DNA of 64,000 nt. Source: Candidatus Latescibacterota bacterium. GTDB taxonomy: Bacteria; Latescibacterota; UBA2968; UBA8231. The position numbers were made by a program, and so were the translations under genes. Each line of letters starts with the position of its first letter. Position 1 is the stretch's first letter. The stretch lies in NCBI GenBank assembly GCA_965203175.1, contig OZ241867.1, positions 1,728,001 through 1,792,000 of the forward strand. Direction: 5' to 3'. The notes beneath the pieces are model-generated. The model did not search any database. It worked only from the letters and a program-made list of their open reading frames with translations, and had not been told where the DNA came from. Positions 9,904-19,600 of the stretch are shown one piece after another.

Positions 9904-10422
9904 TCACGATTCCACGGATTGACCTAATACATTCAGCCGCTCCTTAATCATCGATACGCTCGCTTCTACTGTTTGTTTGGCGGTATCAACAAGGATAGCT
10001 CCAGCCCAGGGTTCGAATGTTCTGTCCAGAACTTGCTGCCAGTTGGGTAGTTTGTGACCGGGGATATCCGCGACCCGCGACTCGACCCTGTTCCGGTGTT
10101 CACTTTCATCGCTGCAAACAATCTGAATCTCAACTAGGCGGATGGCTAGGCGTTTCGCCAAGTTTCGCCAATAGTCTCGAGTCAGCTCAATTGGGTTGAC
10201 TGCGTCTACGATGACGATCCGACCCTGTCTCAGGTTGTCTTCCGCCAAAGAGCAGGCTACCAAATATCCCTCGGGACCTGCTACTGTCTGACCCGCGTTT
10301 CTCATGGTCTGCTCAATAGTGTCTATTCGCAGGTAAACAACACCCATCTCTCGGGCCAGACAAGCCGCCAGTGTGGATTTGCCAGTGGCGGGAAGGCCGC
10401 CAAATACGATGAGCGATTGCAT
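9904..10422 (-). CDS. AAA_33-type P-loop kinase
   Basis: GLPATGKST Walker A, LRIDTIE, VDAVNP, HRNRVESR. Confidence 0.88.
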   Translation of the reverse strand: MQSLIVFGGLPATGKSTLAACLAREMGVVYLRIDTIEQTMRNAGQTVAGPEGYLVACSLAEDNLRQGRIVIVDAVNPIELTRDYWRNLAKRLAIRLVEIQIVCSDESEHRNRVESRVADIPGHKLPNWQQVLDRTFEPWAGAILVDTAKQTVEASVSMIKERLNVLGQSVES

Positions 10423-10562
10423 CCTCGCACTAGGATGGAATGATTTACACATATTATTGTTGCGATTAGCCATCTTCCACAAAATCGGAGGAGCGAGCCA
10501 GCGATTCGACTAGCTGAGCCAGCGTCAGTCCGTCTGGTCCATCCCATCGCTCGGTCTGATTT

Positions 10563-11102
10563 CTAATCTGCTCGGCTAAATGACTCCTTATGGCGAATTC
10601 TCAGGATGGCAACAAGAATGTCCTGTATGTTGTCTGGATCTTTGAACGTCCAGCCGTCACTCCGTTCGCCCTCATCTTCGCGTCCAGCATAGGTGAAAAA
10701 CACCTGATTCAGCTTTGTCGGGTCGAGTAGGAGAATGAGATCAATTGGGGTGCACGTGCGGTATCGATAGGAGGTCCACACAAAACTCTCGAGCATGGGA
10801 ATCTGGTCGCCGACGTGGTAATCGAAGCAGAAGAGATCGATGTGCTTGCCTTCGTTGTTCTCGTAGCGGTCGCCGGGACGGTTCGGGTCGTAGCGGTCGT
10901 GTCCTATAGACTGAATGATATCGATCATTTCACCGACGGACTTGTCGGGGTGGTCCGCGAGGGTGATGCAGCGGACACCGAGGTACTGACCCATGAAGAG
11001 TCGCTTGATCTCGTCGTCTATCTTCGCACCGATCGCAACGTGGTCCGGCTCGGAGTCATGGTGATACTCGGGAAGATGGATTTCGTATACGGGCTTCTTC
11101 AT
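10563..11102 (-). CDS. Hypothetical protein (179 aa)
   Basis: Long co-oriented ORF in the gene run with protein-like composition; no family recognised. Confidence 0.7.
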   Translation of the reverse strand: MKKPVYEIHLPEYHHDSEPDHVAIGAKIDDEIKRLFMGQYLGVRCITLADHPDKSVGEMIDIIQSIGHDRYDPNRPGDRYENNEGKHIDLFCFDYHVGDQIPMLESFVWTSYRYRTCTPIDLILLLDPTKLNQVFFTYAGREDEGERSDGWTFKDPDNIQDILVAILRIRHKESFSRAD

Positions 11103-11111
11103 TTCACTTGT

Positions 11112-11540
11112 TCAATCAAGTCTTAATTCCGATTCTACCCTGACAAGACTCTCCTTATCTGCCCTCAAATGCGACGAGCCAAACTGTAAATTCTCTGGAT
11201 TCAGAATGTAGCGGGCAGACGTAATGTCCATCTTCTCGTGCATCGGAAAAACATGGGCATGGGTATGAGGCACATCACTTCCAGCGAAGAGAAAGGCAAC
11301 GCGGTCAACCTTGTAGATGGCCTTCATTCTCTTCGCAAGTCGTTGACCAAGTGCCATTATTCTTGCCGCGAGGTCAGAAGGCATTTCTTCAAACGACTCG
11401 ATATGGCATTTTGGGATGATCAGACAGTGACCTTTTCGAATAGGCCTAGTGTCTAAGAACGCTACAATGTCCGAATCCTCCCATACGATCACTGCACTCG
11501 CGCTTTTGTTAGCTATATTGCAAAACGGACATACAGTCAT
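11112..11540 (-). CDS. HIT-family hydrolase
   Basis: CPFC, AFLDTRP..GHCLIIP, HTHAHVFP triad. Confidence 0.92.
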   Translation of the reverse strand: MTVCPFCNIANKSASAVIVWEDSDIVAFLDTRPIRKGHCLIIPKCHIESFEEMPSDLAARIMALGQRLAKRMKAIYKVDRVAFLFAGSDVPHTHAHVFPMHEKMDITSARYILNPENLQFGSSHLRADKESLVRVESELRLD

Positions 11541-11557
11541 ATGCTTCTCACAAAAAT

Positions 11558-12001
11558 CTAGCGCTTCTTCATCGAAGTGAAATAGGGTGTAAAACCAATG
11601 CGGCCCCAAAACTTTTGGCCGTCTGAATTGGTTGCGAGAACATCCACCGTAACCTCGCGATCCCCAAACCGTTCATTGGTAAGAAGCTCATAGGCCGCGG
11701 TACCTATCCCCCGTCGTCTCATTGGACGGTCGATGTAGAACTGACGCAGATATACGACCTCTTGGTCGGGGTAATAGTAGTCCTGCTGTACTATGTAAAC
11801 TGCGTACCCAAGGATGGCACCCTCGGAATCCGCAAAGATGTCAACGTTCCACTCATCGCCCCTCAGCCAGTCTCTAAAACGGTCCTCATATTCTGAGGCT
11901 GTATATGGGTTTCTGCTCCCCTGATCTACCACGAGCCGCTTATTTAGCGTTGCCAGCTCGGTTAGATCATCCTCGGTTGCTTGTCGCAGAACAATCTCCA
12001 C
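11558..12001 (-). CDS. GNAT-family acetyltransferase
   Basis: RQFYI..RRRGIGT, N..GQKFWGRIGF; GGAGG RBS. Confidence 0.9.
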   Translation of the reverse strand: MEIVLRQATEDDLTELATLNKRLVVDQGSRNPYTASEYEDRFRDWLRGDEWNVDIFADSEGAILGYAVYIVQQDYYYPDQEVVYLRQFYIDRPMRRRGIGTAAYELLTNERFGDREVTVDVLATNSDGQKFWGRIGFTPYFTSMKKR

Positions 12002-12050
12002 GGCTAGACCTCCCTCATAAAATTAAAAAAAGCTAGCTTGCAAAAATGAG

Positions 12051-12530
12051 TTATTGTGCGATTGGACGATTTTCAATATTCGATATCTCTCTGATTTTCT
12101 GTCGGATAGGTTCCGCCATGGTTGATAGGTCCGAATCGGCAACAGCCTGTTTTCCAGTTAGTGAAGGGAAAACGTACTTAATGCGATCCATAACGGACTT
12201 ACATGGAAATACGTGTACATGCAAATGAAATATTTCTTGTCCCGCACTTTTGCCATTTGCTATCCAGAGTCGGATGCCAGAGCAAGGTATAACTTCCTTA
12301 GATGCTCTCGCAATTAGATGAGTAACTTGCATCAAGGGAGCACATAGATCATTGGGCAAACTCCATATATTTTCGTAGTGCTCTCGGGGAATTACGAGGG
12401 CATGGCCGCCTACAGAAGATTGCCTAAATCGATCTAAAAAGCAGATTACGCGATCATCTTCGTAGAGAATTTCTTCCGGCTTTTTCTTGGCGACAATCTG
12501 ACAGAAGATGCAATTAGGATCTGAATTCAC
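12051..12530 (-). CDS. HIT-family hydrolase
   Basis: CIFC, GHALVIP, AGQEIFHLHVHVFP. Confidence 0.92.
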   Translation of the reverse strand: MNSDPNCIFCQIVAKKKPEEILYEDDRVICFLDRFRQSSVGGHALVIPREHYENIWSLPNDLCAPLMQVTHLIARASKEVIPCSGIRLWIANGKSAGQEIFHLHVHVFPCKSVMDRIKYVFPSLTGKQAVADSDLSTMAEPIRQKIREISNIENRPIAQ

Positions 12531-12577
12531 CGCAAGCGTCCTCTAATTTGAGTTAGGTTCGCCGCCGTGTTGAGCAT

Positions 12578-13384
12578 TCATTGGCTGAGGCACACCTGTT
12601 GCTGAGTGGCGATTTTCTTTTCATGGGCATAGCGCGCCGTTTCGACCAACTCGAACGTTTCGGGTGCCAGCCGCTCTTTGACCGCCTCCGGAATCGGGCC
12701 GGCTTGGCGGTAGTGTGGCCGGTAGCGCAGCGTCAGCACCCGGCGCTGGCGGTCGGGGGCTCGCCAGGGCAGAACCCCGTGGGTTACGCATTCGGGCATG
12801 ATCACCACGTCCCCGGCCGCAGGCGTGATATTGACGACCTCCAGCGGTACCTCCCCTTCGATGCGACCCTGATTAAATAGCTGCGGCGGCCGGTCGAACT
12901 CACTTTTGTGCGACCCCGGCACCAATAGTAGCCCGCCATCACCGGGATGCACATCGTCCAGGTAGGGAAACACCGCAAAGTCGTCGCAGTAAATACGGCC
13001 CCGGTGCACGTCGTAACGGGCGCTCTCAAAGCCGTAGTCGTCGCGGGCACAGTGCAGTTCTACCGACTCGGTGTGTCCGTCGGGAGAATCGACCATCATA
13101 GTACCGCTGGCGAGCATGGGTTTGCCGTTGGTCAGCTCCAGCACGATGGGCCAGACAGCCGGCAGAAAGACCAGCTTTTCCAGCGCTCGGTCGAAGGCGA
13201 AGCCGTGAGCAAAGCCCTTGAGGTTTTCCGATCGTCCGAAATGCGGCGGCAGATCTTCCGGTGCGCTGTCGATGTAGCGATTAGCGGCATCCGCAGCCGC
13301 ATCCAGTTCCTCCGGGGTCAAGACGTTCTTCAGGTGTAGAAAACCGCATAGATCAAAAAGATAGCGTTGTTCTTCGGTCATCAT
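12578..13384 (-). CDS. PhyH-family Fe(II)/2OG dioxygenase (atypical HxD: LHCARD)
   Basis: YLFDLCGFL..NVL, GGLLLVPGSHK, AGDV...E..THG, R. Confidence 0.85.
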   Translation of the reverse strand: MMTEEQRYLFDLCGFLHLKNVLTPEELDAAADAANRYIDSAPEDLPPHFGRSENLKGFAHGFAFDRALEKLVFLPAVWPIVLELTNGKPMLASGTMMVDSPDGHTESVELHCARDDYGFESARYDVHRGRIYCDDFAVFPYLDDVHPGDGGLLLVPGSHKSEFDRPPQLFNQGRIEGEVPLEVVNITPAAGDVVIMPECVTHGVLPWRAPDRQRRVLTLRYRPHYRQAGPIPEAVKERLAPETFELVETARYAHEKKIATQQQVCLSQ

Positions 13385-13639
13385 CGCCAGCCAGCCTTTC
13401 GTTAGAATAGCGAATTGGGCACCATTAGAATCAAAGAGTTTGCGAGGACAATCGCAACCGAACCCGCGAGGTTGAATCATTCTACGTAACTCCTTGTAAT
13501 AAATTGAGATAGACCGATTTTTCTAAAATCTGACGCGCCTAGCGCCGCAGCGCAAATTTCGCGTCGCCTCAACAATACTTATTATGCTACGTCACAGGGA
13601 GATCCGTTCCTAGGATCCGGACTACGCACAGAATAAAAC

Positions 13640-15076
13640 ATGAGCACCGAAAACGTTGAAACACTACAGTTGCCTTCGTACTTAGGCGGAGAAGCAATCG
13701 ATTCGGCGGATACTTTGGCCGTCCACTATCCCTACGATGGTTCGATTGCTGGTGCGGTTAGCAAGGTCAACGGCGGTCACCTCGACCTAGTGATCGAGCG
13801 CACACTGTCTTTTGACGGACAGCCGTCGCGCTTTGATCGGTCTCAAGTGCTGACCAGAGCTCGCGAACTTCTGCTTGAGCGGGCGGACGAGTTTGCCAAC
13901 CTGATCCGCATGGAGTCCGGACTGTGCATGCGGGAGACCCAGTACGAGGTGGGGCGCGCCTGTGACGTTTTTCAATTCGCCGCGGCAGAGGCATTAAAAG
14001 ACGACGGCGAAATATTCTCCTGCGATGTGTCGCCTAAAGGTGAACAGCGGAAGATTTTTACGGTTCGCGAACCGGTGCGGTTGGCCCTTGCCATTACACC
14101 CTTCAATCACCCACTGAATCAAGTTGCGCATAAGGTTGCACCTGCAATCGCGGCGGGTGTGCCCATGCTCGTCAAGCCATCGGAAAAAACTCCGCTGACC
14201 GCCATTCGGCTTTGCGAGTTACTCTATGATGCCGGCCTGTTCAAGCAGATGCTCAGCGTCTTCGTCGGGGACATCGACACGGTTGTCGAGCCACTAATCG
14301 CGGACGAGCGGGTTGAATTGGTCACGTTCACTGGCGGAACAGCCACTGGGAAACGCATTGCTCAGCTAGCGGGCTACAAGAAATTGTGCTTGGAGCTGGG
14401 TGGTAATAGTCCGTTGATCATTCTGGACGATGCGGACCTCGATCTGGCGGCGACGCTGGCGGCAGAAGGATGTTTTCGCAATTCGGGCCAACGTTGCACG
14501 GCTGTGAAGCGATTACTCGTCCATCGGAAGATTAAGAATGGATTTATGGATAAGTTCCTCGCGCGAGCGGCCACGTATCGGGCCGGTAATCCAGCGGATC
14601 CAGATACCATCGTGGGTACGGTGATTGATGACGCGGCGGCAAAACTGCTTGAGCAACGCGTCCACAAAGCCGTGGATCAGGGTGCGAAAGTGCTACTGGG
14701 AGGAGGACGCAGTGGCGCGCTAATAGAACCAACGATAATCGACGATGTCCCGCGCGACGCGGAAATGATTCGGGAGGAATCGTTCGGTCCGCTGGCCCCC
14801 ATCATCGAGGTCTCCGACATCGACGACGCCATTGCGGTCGCCAACGATTCCAAGTTCGGCCTCTCCTCGGGCGTAGTAACCAATCACCTGCCCAGCGCCC
14901 TGGAATGCGTTCGTCGCATTCGAACGGGGACGGTCAACATCAATCAAGTTCCTGGGTATCGCATTGAATGCTCTCCGTTTGGCGGAGTAAAAGATTCTGG
15001 CTTAGGGGTTAAGGAAGGCGTGATTGAAGCCATGAAGTTCATGACCAACGTAAAGACGTTCTCACTGCCGTGGTAA
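13640..15076 (+). CDS. phnY: Phosphonoacetaldehyde dehydrogenase (aldehyde dehydrogenase family)
   Basis: ITPFNHPLN, LELGGN, SGQRCTA, ESFGP; DDGEIFSCD and KEGVIEAMK..TNVKTFSLPW recalled as typical of PhnY. Confidence 0.8.
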   Translation: MSTENVETLQLPSYLGGEAIDSADTLAVHYPYDGSIAGAVSKVNGGHLDLVIERTLSFDGQPSRFDRSQVLTRARELLLERADEFANLIRMESGLCMRETQYEVGRACDVFQFAAAEALKDDGEIFSCDVSPKGEQRKIFTVREPVRLALAITPFNHPLNQVAHKVAPAIAAGVPMLVKPSEKTPLTAIRLCELLYDAGLFKQMLSVFVGDIDTVVEPLIADERVELVTFTGGTATGKRIAQLAGYKKLCLELGGNSPLIILDDADLDLAATLAAEGCFRNSGQRCTAVKRLLVHRKIKNGFMDKFLARAATYRAGNPADPDTIVGTVIDDAAAKLLEQRVHKAVDQGAKVLLGGGRSGALIEPTIIDDVPRDAEMIREESFGPLAPIIEVSDIDDAIAVANDSKFGLSSGVVTNHLPSALECVRRIRTGTVNINQVPGYRIECSPFGGVKDSGLGVKEGVIEAMKFMTNVKTFSLPW

Positions 15077-15087
15077 AGGATAATTCA

Positions 15088-15996
15088 ATGAAAAGACTTT
15101 TTATTGTCACCATTATAGCGCTGTCAGGTTTATTCTCTTGTTCAGAAAATGGTGACATACCACTCGATACACCCAATGCAAATACAACAGGTTTATTCAC
15201 ACGGACGCTTTCCCATGATGGTATAACAAGAGAGTACGTTCTATATGTACCTGATTCTTATGATGGAACTTCAGCAGTTCCACTCATGCTCAACTTTCAC
15301 GGATACGGTGGGATTGCAGACCAATACTTAAAATACGCCGATATGCGACCTTTAGCAGATACGGAAAATTTTATTCTAGTCTATCCCCAAGGGACCCTGC
15401 TGGACGGAAATCCACACTGGAATGCTGGTTTAGAATCAGATGAAAATAAAAGTGATGCAGACGACTTCGGCTTTGTAGAAGCATTAATTAGCGAAATCTC
15501 TTCCAATTATAACATTGATTTGGCAAGAGTATATTCCTGCGGTTACTCAAACGGCGCTTTCTTTACGTATGCACTTGCTTGCTACCATAGCGATAAAATA
15601 GCGGCCATAGGGTCTGTTGCTGGAACAATGATGGAGGAAACACATAACAACTGTAGTCCATCACACCCTACGGCTATGATTAACATTCATGGTACAGCAG
15701 ACAAGTCTGTCCCTTATGGCGGGGAGTTTGAAGGATTATCATCAATTGATGAGGTCCTTGCTTATTGGACGAGTTTTAATAATACCAGTACTGATCCGAT
15801 AGTAAACAGTATGGATGATAGTGGAACGACAATAGAGCATTATTCCTATACGGATGGAGACAACAATACTTCTGTAGAACATTATAAAATTATCGACGGA
15901 GGGCATGTCTGGTTCGACATGAACTACGACGGCTCCAATACCAGTCGTTTAATCTGGAATTTTGTATCGAGATATGATATCAATGGACTGAGATAA
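15088..15996 (+). CDS. LpqC/PHB-depolymerase-like alpha/beta-hydrolase lipoprotein
   Basis: Lipobox LFSC, NFHGYG, GYSNG nucleophile elbow, HGTAD, GGH; visibly AT-rich. Confidence 0.85.
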   Translation: MKRLFIVTIIALSGLFSCSENGDIPLDTPNANTTGLFTRTLSHDGITREYVLYVPDSYDGTSAVPLMLNFHGYGGIADQYLKYADMRPLADTENFILVYPQGTLLDGNPHWNAGLESDENKSDADDFGFVEALISEISSNYNIDLARVYSCGYSNGAFFTYALACYHSDKIAAIGSVAGTMMEETHNNCSPSHPTAMINIHGTADKSVPYGGEFEGLSSIDEVLAYWTSFNNTSTDPIVNSMDDSGTTIEHYSYTDGDNNTSVEHYKIIDGGHVWFDMNYDGSNTSRLIWNFVSRYDINGLR

Positions 15997-16039
15997 TCTG
16001 TGGTGGCCAGAATGCCCTAATAGAAGACAGGAGATTGCT

Positions 16040-17623
16040 ATGAGTAACGGATGGAATGACCTGCGCGGTTATTATCCTGGAGATTGGGTCAGGCCCAGGC
16101 AGAACGCGGGGCATTGGCGTCCATTGGTCGATTGGACGGAGGTTTTTCCGGGCCATCGCTCCGTCGACCGAGCGGGTGCATTCGAACTCTACGATGCTCC
16201 CATCGGCGTCCGCTTGGCGATCGAGGAGGCAGACAAATCGGCTCCGCTCGAGTTCGATGGCCAAGTGAATGATGACGGCGATGGTGTAGGCAATTCCGTG
16301 CGGGTGTGGCAGGCGGATGACCGATACCACCTGCTCTACTACCAGGGGAGACGCGTCGCTTATGCGGTAAGTGAAGACGCGTACCGCTGGACCCGTCCCG
16401 CCTTGGGCATCATCGAGAAGAACGGCTCGAAGGAGAACAACCTAGTCACCGATGTGGGGGGCGACCTGCTCAAAGCGGTATTCGAGGATCCAACCGCGCC
16501 ACCGGAAGAGCGGTTTAAGGGCATGGGTTGTGAGGGAGCTATGATCAATTCGGAGACCGGAGGGGTCGCCAACGAGGGCGAAGAGGTCGACGAGGAATAC
16601 ATACAAAAGTGGTGGGCCGATCAGGAATACTTGGGTCCAGCCTACAAAGGGCCTAAGCTGATTCTCAAGGGCCGGGTAATGGGATGGGTCTCCCCCGACC
16701 GCATTCACTGGAAGCGGACCGACAAGATTCTCGCCGATTTTCCCATGGATGGGGGCCTCTCCGCCAGATACGATGAGAAATCCGGTTACTACTACGCCTA
16801 CTGTCGCATCCAAGGCGTCCCCCAGGAACAGTTCGACCTGATCGGCAGCGGTGTTCCAGAGGATGGCATTTTCCACCGGGCGATCGGGCTGACCCGGACC
16901 AAGGACTTCAACCACTGGCCCGCTCCCAAGCTCCTCCTCTTTCCAGATGGTCAGGACGAGCCCGACCTCTCGTTCTACGGCGGCGATTACTTTCCCTATC
17001 CGAGTAGAGACGATCTGCACTGCATGTTGGTACAGGCCTACCATCACGCCACCGACCACGTGGACAGCCAGCTCGCCATCAGTCGCGACGGTTTGATTTG
17101 GCAGCGGCCGGAGCGCAAGCCGATTATTTCGGTAGGCGCTCCGGGTGCGCCCGACTCGGCCATGGTCTATTCCTGGGGCAGCGGCATCGCGGAATTGCCG
17201 GACGGCAATTGGGGGTCTCTCTACGGAGGGCACACATCGCTACACAACGCACCGCAGAGAGAAGAGGCGGTGTTGCAGTGGGCTCGGTGGCGGCCCCACA
17301 GATTCTGCGGCATTGAAGCGGATGTGGAGGGCCGGTTTACCTTGCCGACCGTAGTGAGAACCGCCAGTCAGCTGAAGCTCAACTACCGCTGTCGCCCGGG
17401 TGGCTGGATCAAGGTCGAGATTCTGCGCAACATTCCCTCGCGGATTCACCCCGACGTCGATCCGGTCGCCAGCCTGACCTTTGAAGAAAGCGATCTGCTG
17501 CAAGGAGATTCGCTCGACCAGACGGTCACCTGGAACGGCAACAGCGACTTGTCCGAGGTGGGTGAGATGTTGGCGATTCGGATTCGGATGTTTCAGGCAA
17601 AAATCTTCGCGTACCGCGTTTAA
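16040..17623 (+). CDS. Uncharacterised five-bladed beta-propeller (GH32/43/130-like) protein
   Basis: Repeated Asp-box-like S.D...W motifs (SEDAYRW, SPDRIHW, TKDFNHW, SRDGLIW); homologue of 60426..62015. Confidence 0.65.
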   Translation: MSNGWNDLRGYYPGDWVRPRQNAGHWRPLVDWTEVFPGHRSVDRAGAFELYDAPIGVRLAIEEADKSAPLEFDGQVNDDGDGVGNSVRVWQADDRYHLLYYQGRRVAYAVSEDAYRWTRPALGIIEKNGSKENNLVTDVGGDLLKAVFEDPTAPPEERFKGMGCEGAMINSETGGVANEGEEVDEEYIQKWWADQEYLGPAYKGPKLILKGRVMGWVSPDRIHWKRTDKILADFPMDGGLSARYDEKSGYYYAYCRIQGVPQEQFDLIGSGVPEDGIFHRAIGLTRTKDFNHWPAPKLLLFPDGQDEPDLSFYGGDYFPYPSRDDLHCMLVQAYHHATDHVDSQLAISRDGLIWQRPERKPIISVGAPGAPDSAMVYSWGSGIAELPDGNWGSLYGGHTSLHNAPQREEAVLQWARWRPHRFCGIEADVEGRFTLPTVVRTASQLKLNYRCRPGGWIKVEILRNIPSRIHPDVDPVASLTFEESDLLQGDSLDQTVTWNGNSDLSEVGEMLAIRIRMFQAKIFAYRV

Positions 17624-17635
17624 GAGGTTGATCGC

Positions 17636-19573
17636 GTGACAGGTAATCAGACGGGCGCGGTCCCTAAGTTGGTCGAAGTCAGGGCGACGCAGGTATCGCC
17701 GCCCCCCGGATGGGCGCTTCTGGAACGCCGGTTGATGAAGCTGATGGAGGACGCGGTCGAGCCCATGGTCGACAAGTACGCGGAAAAGGGCGGCGCATTC
17801 TACTACGCCGACGATGTTGACGACCTATACGAAAGGGTGTATAACTGGGGCCTGTTCTACGCCATGGGGGCCGATCGCAAGGTGCTCGACCTCGGGTTGC
17901 AGCAATGGCACGCAACCACTCGGTTCTTCGCCGACGATATTACCAGCCGCGTCCACCCCCGCTTCCAGCCCCAGATCCACAACGAGTACTACAACCAAGC
18001 CGCCGCCGGTGCCAACGAGTGGTACCACCAGGGCGAGGGCAACATGGCCTTCTACCATTTCGGCCTAGCCGATCCCACCATTTCGGAAAACGTGCGCCGC
18101 GCTAGGCGGTTTGCGGCCATGTTCATGGACGAGGATCCCGAAGCCCCCAACTACGATCCCCAGCACAGGATCTTCCGCAGCCCCATTCAGACCAGCGTCG
18201 GCCCCATGCACCACGCAACGGTGGACAACGTAATCATGTGGCTGCAGGGAGGAGAAACGGGTTACGAGAAGGGATACCGCCCCTACAGGGTGCGGGCCAC
18301 CCTCGATCCGGTAGTGACAGACCTCGAGGGGAACTGGTTCGAGGATCCCGCGCGCCGGGACGAGATTCTCAAGCTGTTCGACCACATCGTCCTTAACGGC
18401 GACGTCCCCCACAGTCTCGGCGCCACCGCCCTGATCACCAACGCCTTCCTCTACACCGGCGAGGACAAGTACAAGCAGTGGGTGCTCGACTACACCGAGG
18501 GCTGGATGGAGCGCATCGAGCGCAACGGCGGCATCCTGCCCGACAACGTCGGGCCGACCGGCGAGATCGGCGAAAACCGCAACGGCCTCTGGTGGGGCGG
18601 GCTCTACGGCTGGAACACCTTCGTCGGCCACTACATCATGTTCAGCGCCCTCACCATCGCCGCCGAATGCGCCCTCCTGCTCACCGGCGACTTCGGCTAT
18701 CTCGAACTGCTGCGCTCGCAGATCCGGCTGCTCATGGACAACGCCATCACCCGCGAGGACGGCCAGCTTCTGTTGCCGGCCCGCTACGGTGCGGACGGCT
18801 GGGAGTACGCGAGGGACGACTACGACTACGAAAAAGGCCGGTTCGTGCCCTACCGCATGCAGGAGTTGGCCCACCTCTATCACGCCTCAATGTCCCAAGA
18901 GGACTACGACCTCATCGTCCGCATTCGGGACACCGACAAAATGCGCGACTGGAACCACGCGCCCGTCCTCGGAGAGAAGAGCTACGCCGACACCGAGCTG
19001 GCCCGCTTCCAGTACTACGACGGCAAGAACCCGGACTGGCCCGAAAAAATCCTGCAGGCCGAGTATGAGAATGCCCAGGCTGATTTCCAGTCGATACTAA
19101 ACGAAACCCGGGACGCCAAGACCCTGATCGCCGACAACCCCTCTCCCCCCACTACGGTCTACACCAAGGGATTGACGCAGGTGACGATGGGGGCGCCGCA
19201 ATCGGTGTACACTGGAGGGCTATTGCGCGCCACCGTCCGCTACTTCGATGCAGACCGCACGCGACCGGGCCTACCACCCGATGTCGCCGCTCTCGTCGAC
19301 AAACTAGGAACTGACAGCGCAGGTCTTCAGCTCGTCAACCTAAACGCCAGCGAGACGCGCAACCTGATCGTGCAGGCCGGGGCTTTCGCCGAGCACGAAT
19401 TTGTCGAACTGGCGCATGAAGAGCAGACCATCCAAGTGGAGTCGAAGTACTTCGCAGTGCAACTCCCCCCCGGCACCTCCATCCGGCTGGACGTGGGCAT
19501 GCGCCGCTTTGCTCACCAGCCGACCTATGCCTTCCCTTGGCACGGGGATGCTATCCCGGTGCCGTACCAGTAG
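17636..19573 (+). CDS. Conserved hypothetical protein (probable alpha/alpha-toroid enzyme)
   Basis: 645-aa ORF with strong GC3 bias; motifs DDLYE, WYHQGEG, PDNVGP.G, WWGG.YGW; function not recognised. Confidence 0.7.
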   Translation: MTGNQTGAVPKLVEVRATQVSPPPGWALLERRLMKLMEDAVEPMVDKYAEKGGAFYYADDVDDLYERVYNWGLFYAMGADRKVLDLGLQQWHATTRFFADDITSRVHPRFQPQIHNEYYNQAAAGANEWYHQGEGNMAFYHFGLADPTISENVRRARRFAAMFMDEDPEAPNYDPQHRIFRSPIQTSVGPMHHATVDNVIMWLQGGETGYEKGYRPYRVRATLDPVVTDLEGNWFEDPARRDEILKLFDHIVLNGDVPHSLGATALITNAFLYTGEDKYKQWVLDYTEGWMERIERNGGILPDNVGPTGEIGENRNGLWWGGLYGWNTFVGHYIMFSALTIAAECALLLTGDFGYLELLRSQIRLLMDNAITREDGQLLLPARYGADGWEYARDDYDYEKGRFVPYRMQELAHLYHASMSQEDYDLIVRIRDTDKMRDWNHAPVLGEKSYADTELARFQYYDGKNPDWPEKILQAEYENAQADFQSILNETRDAKTLIADNPSPPTTVYTKGLTQVTMGAPQSVYTGGLLRATVRYFDADRTRPGLPPDVAALVDKLGTDSAGLQLVNLNASETRNLIVQAGAFAEHEFVELAHEEQTIQVESKYFAVQLPPGTSIRLDVGMRRFAHQPTYAFPWHGDAIPVPYQ

Positions 19574-19600
19574 CTCTCCACATAGCGTCAACCATCAACA

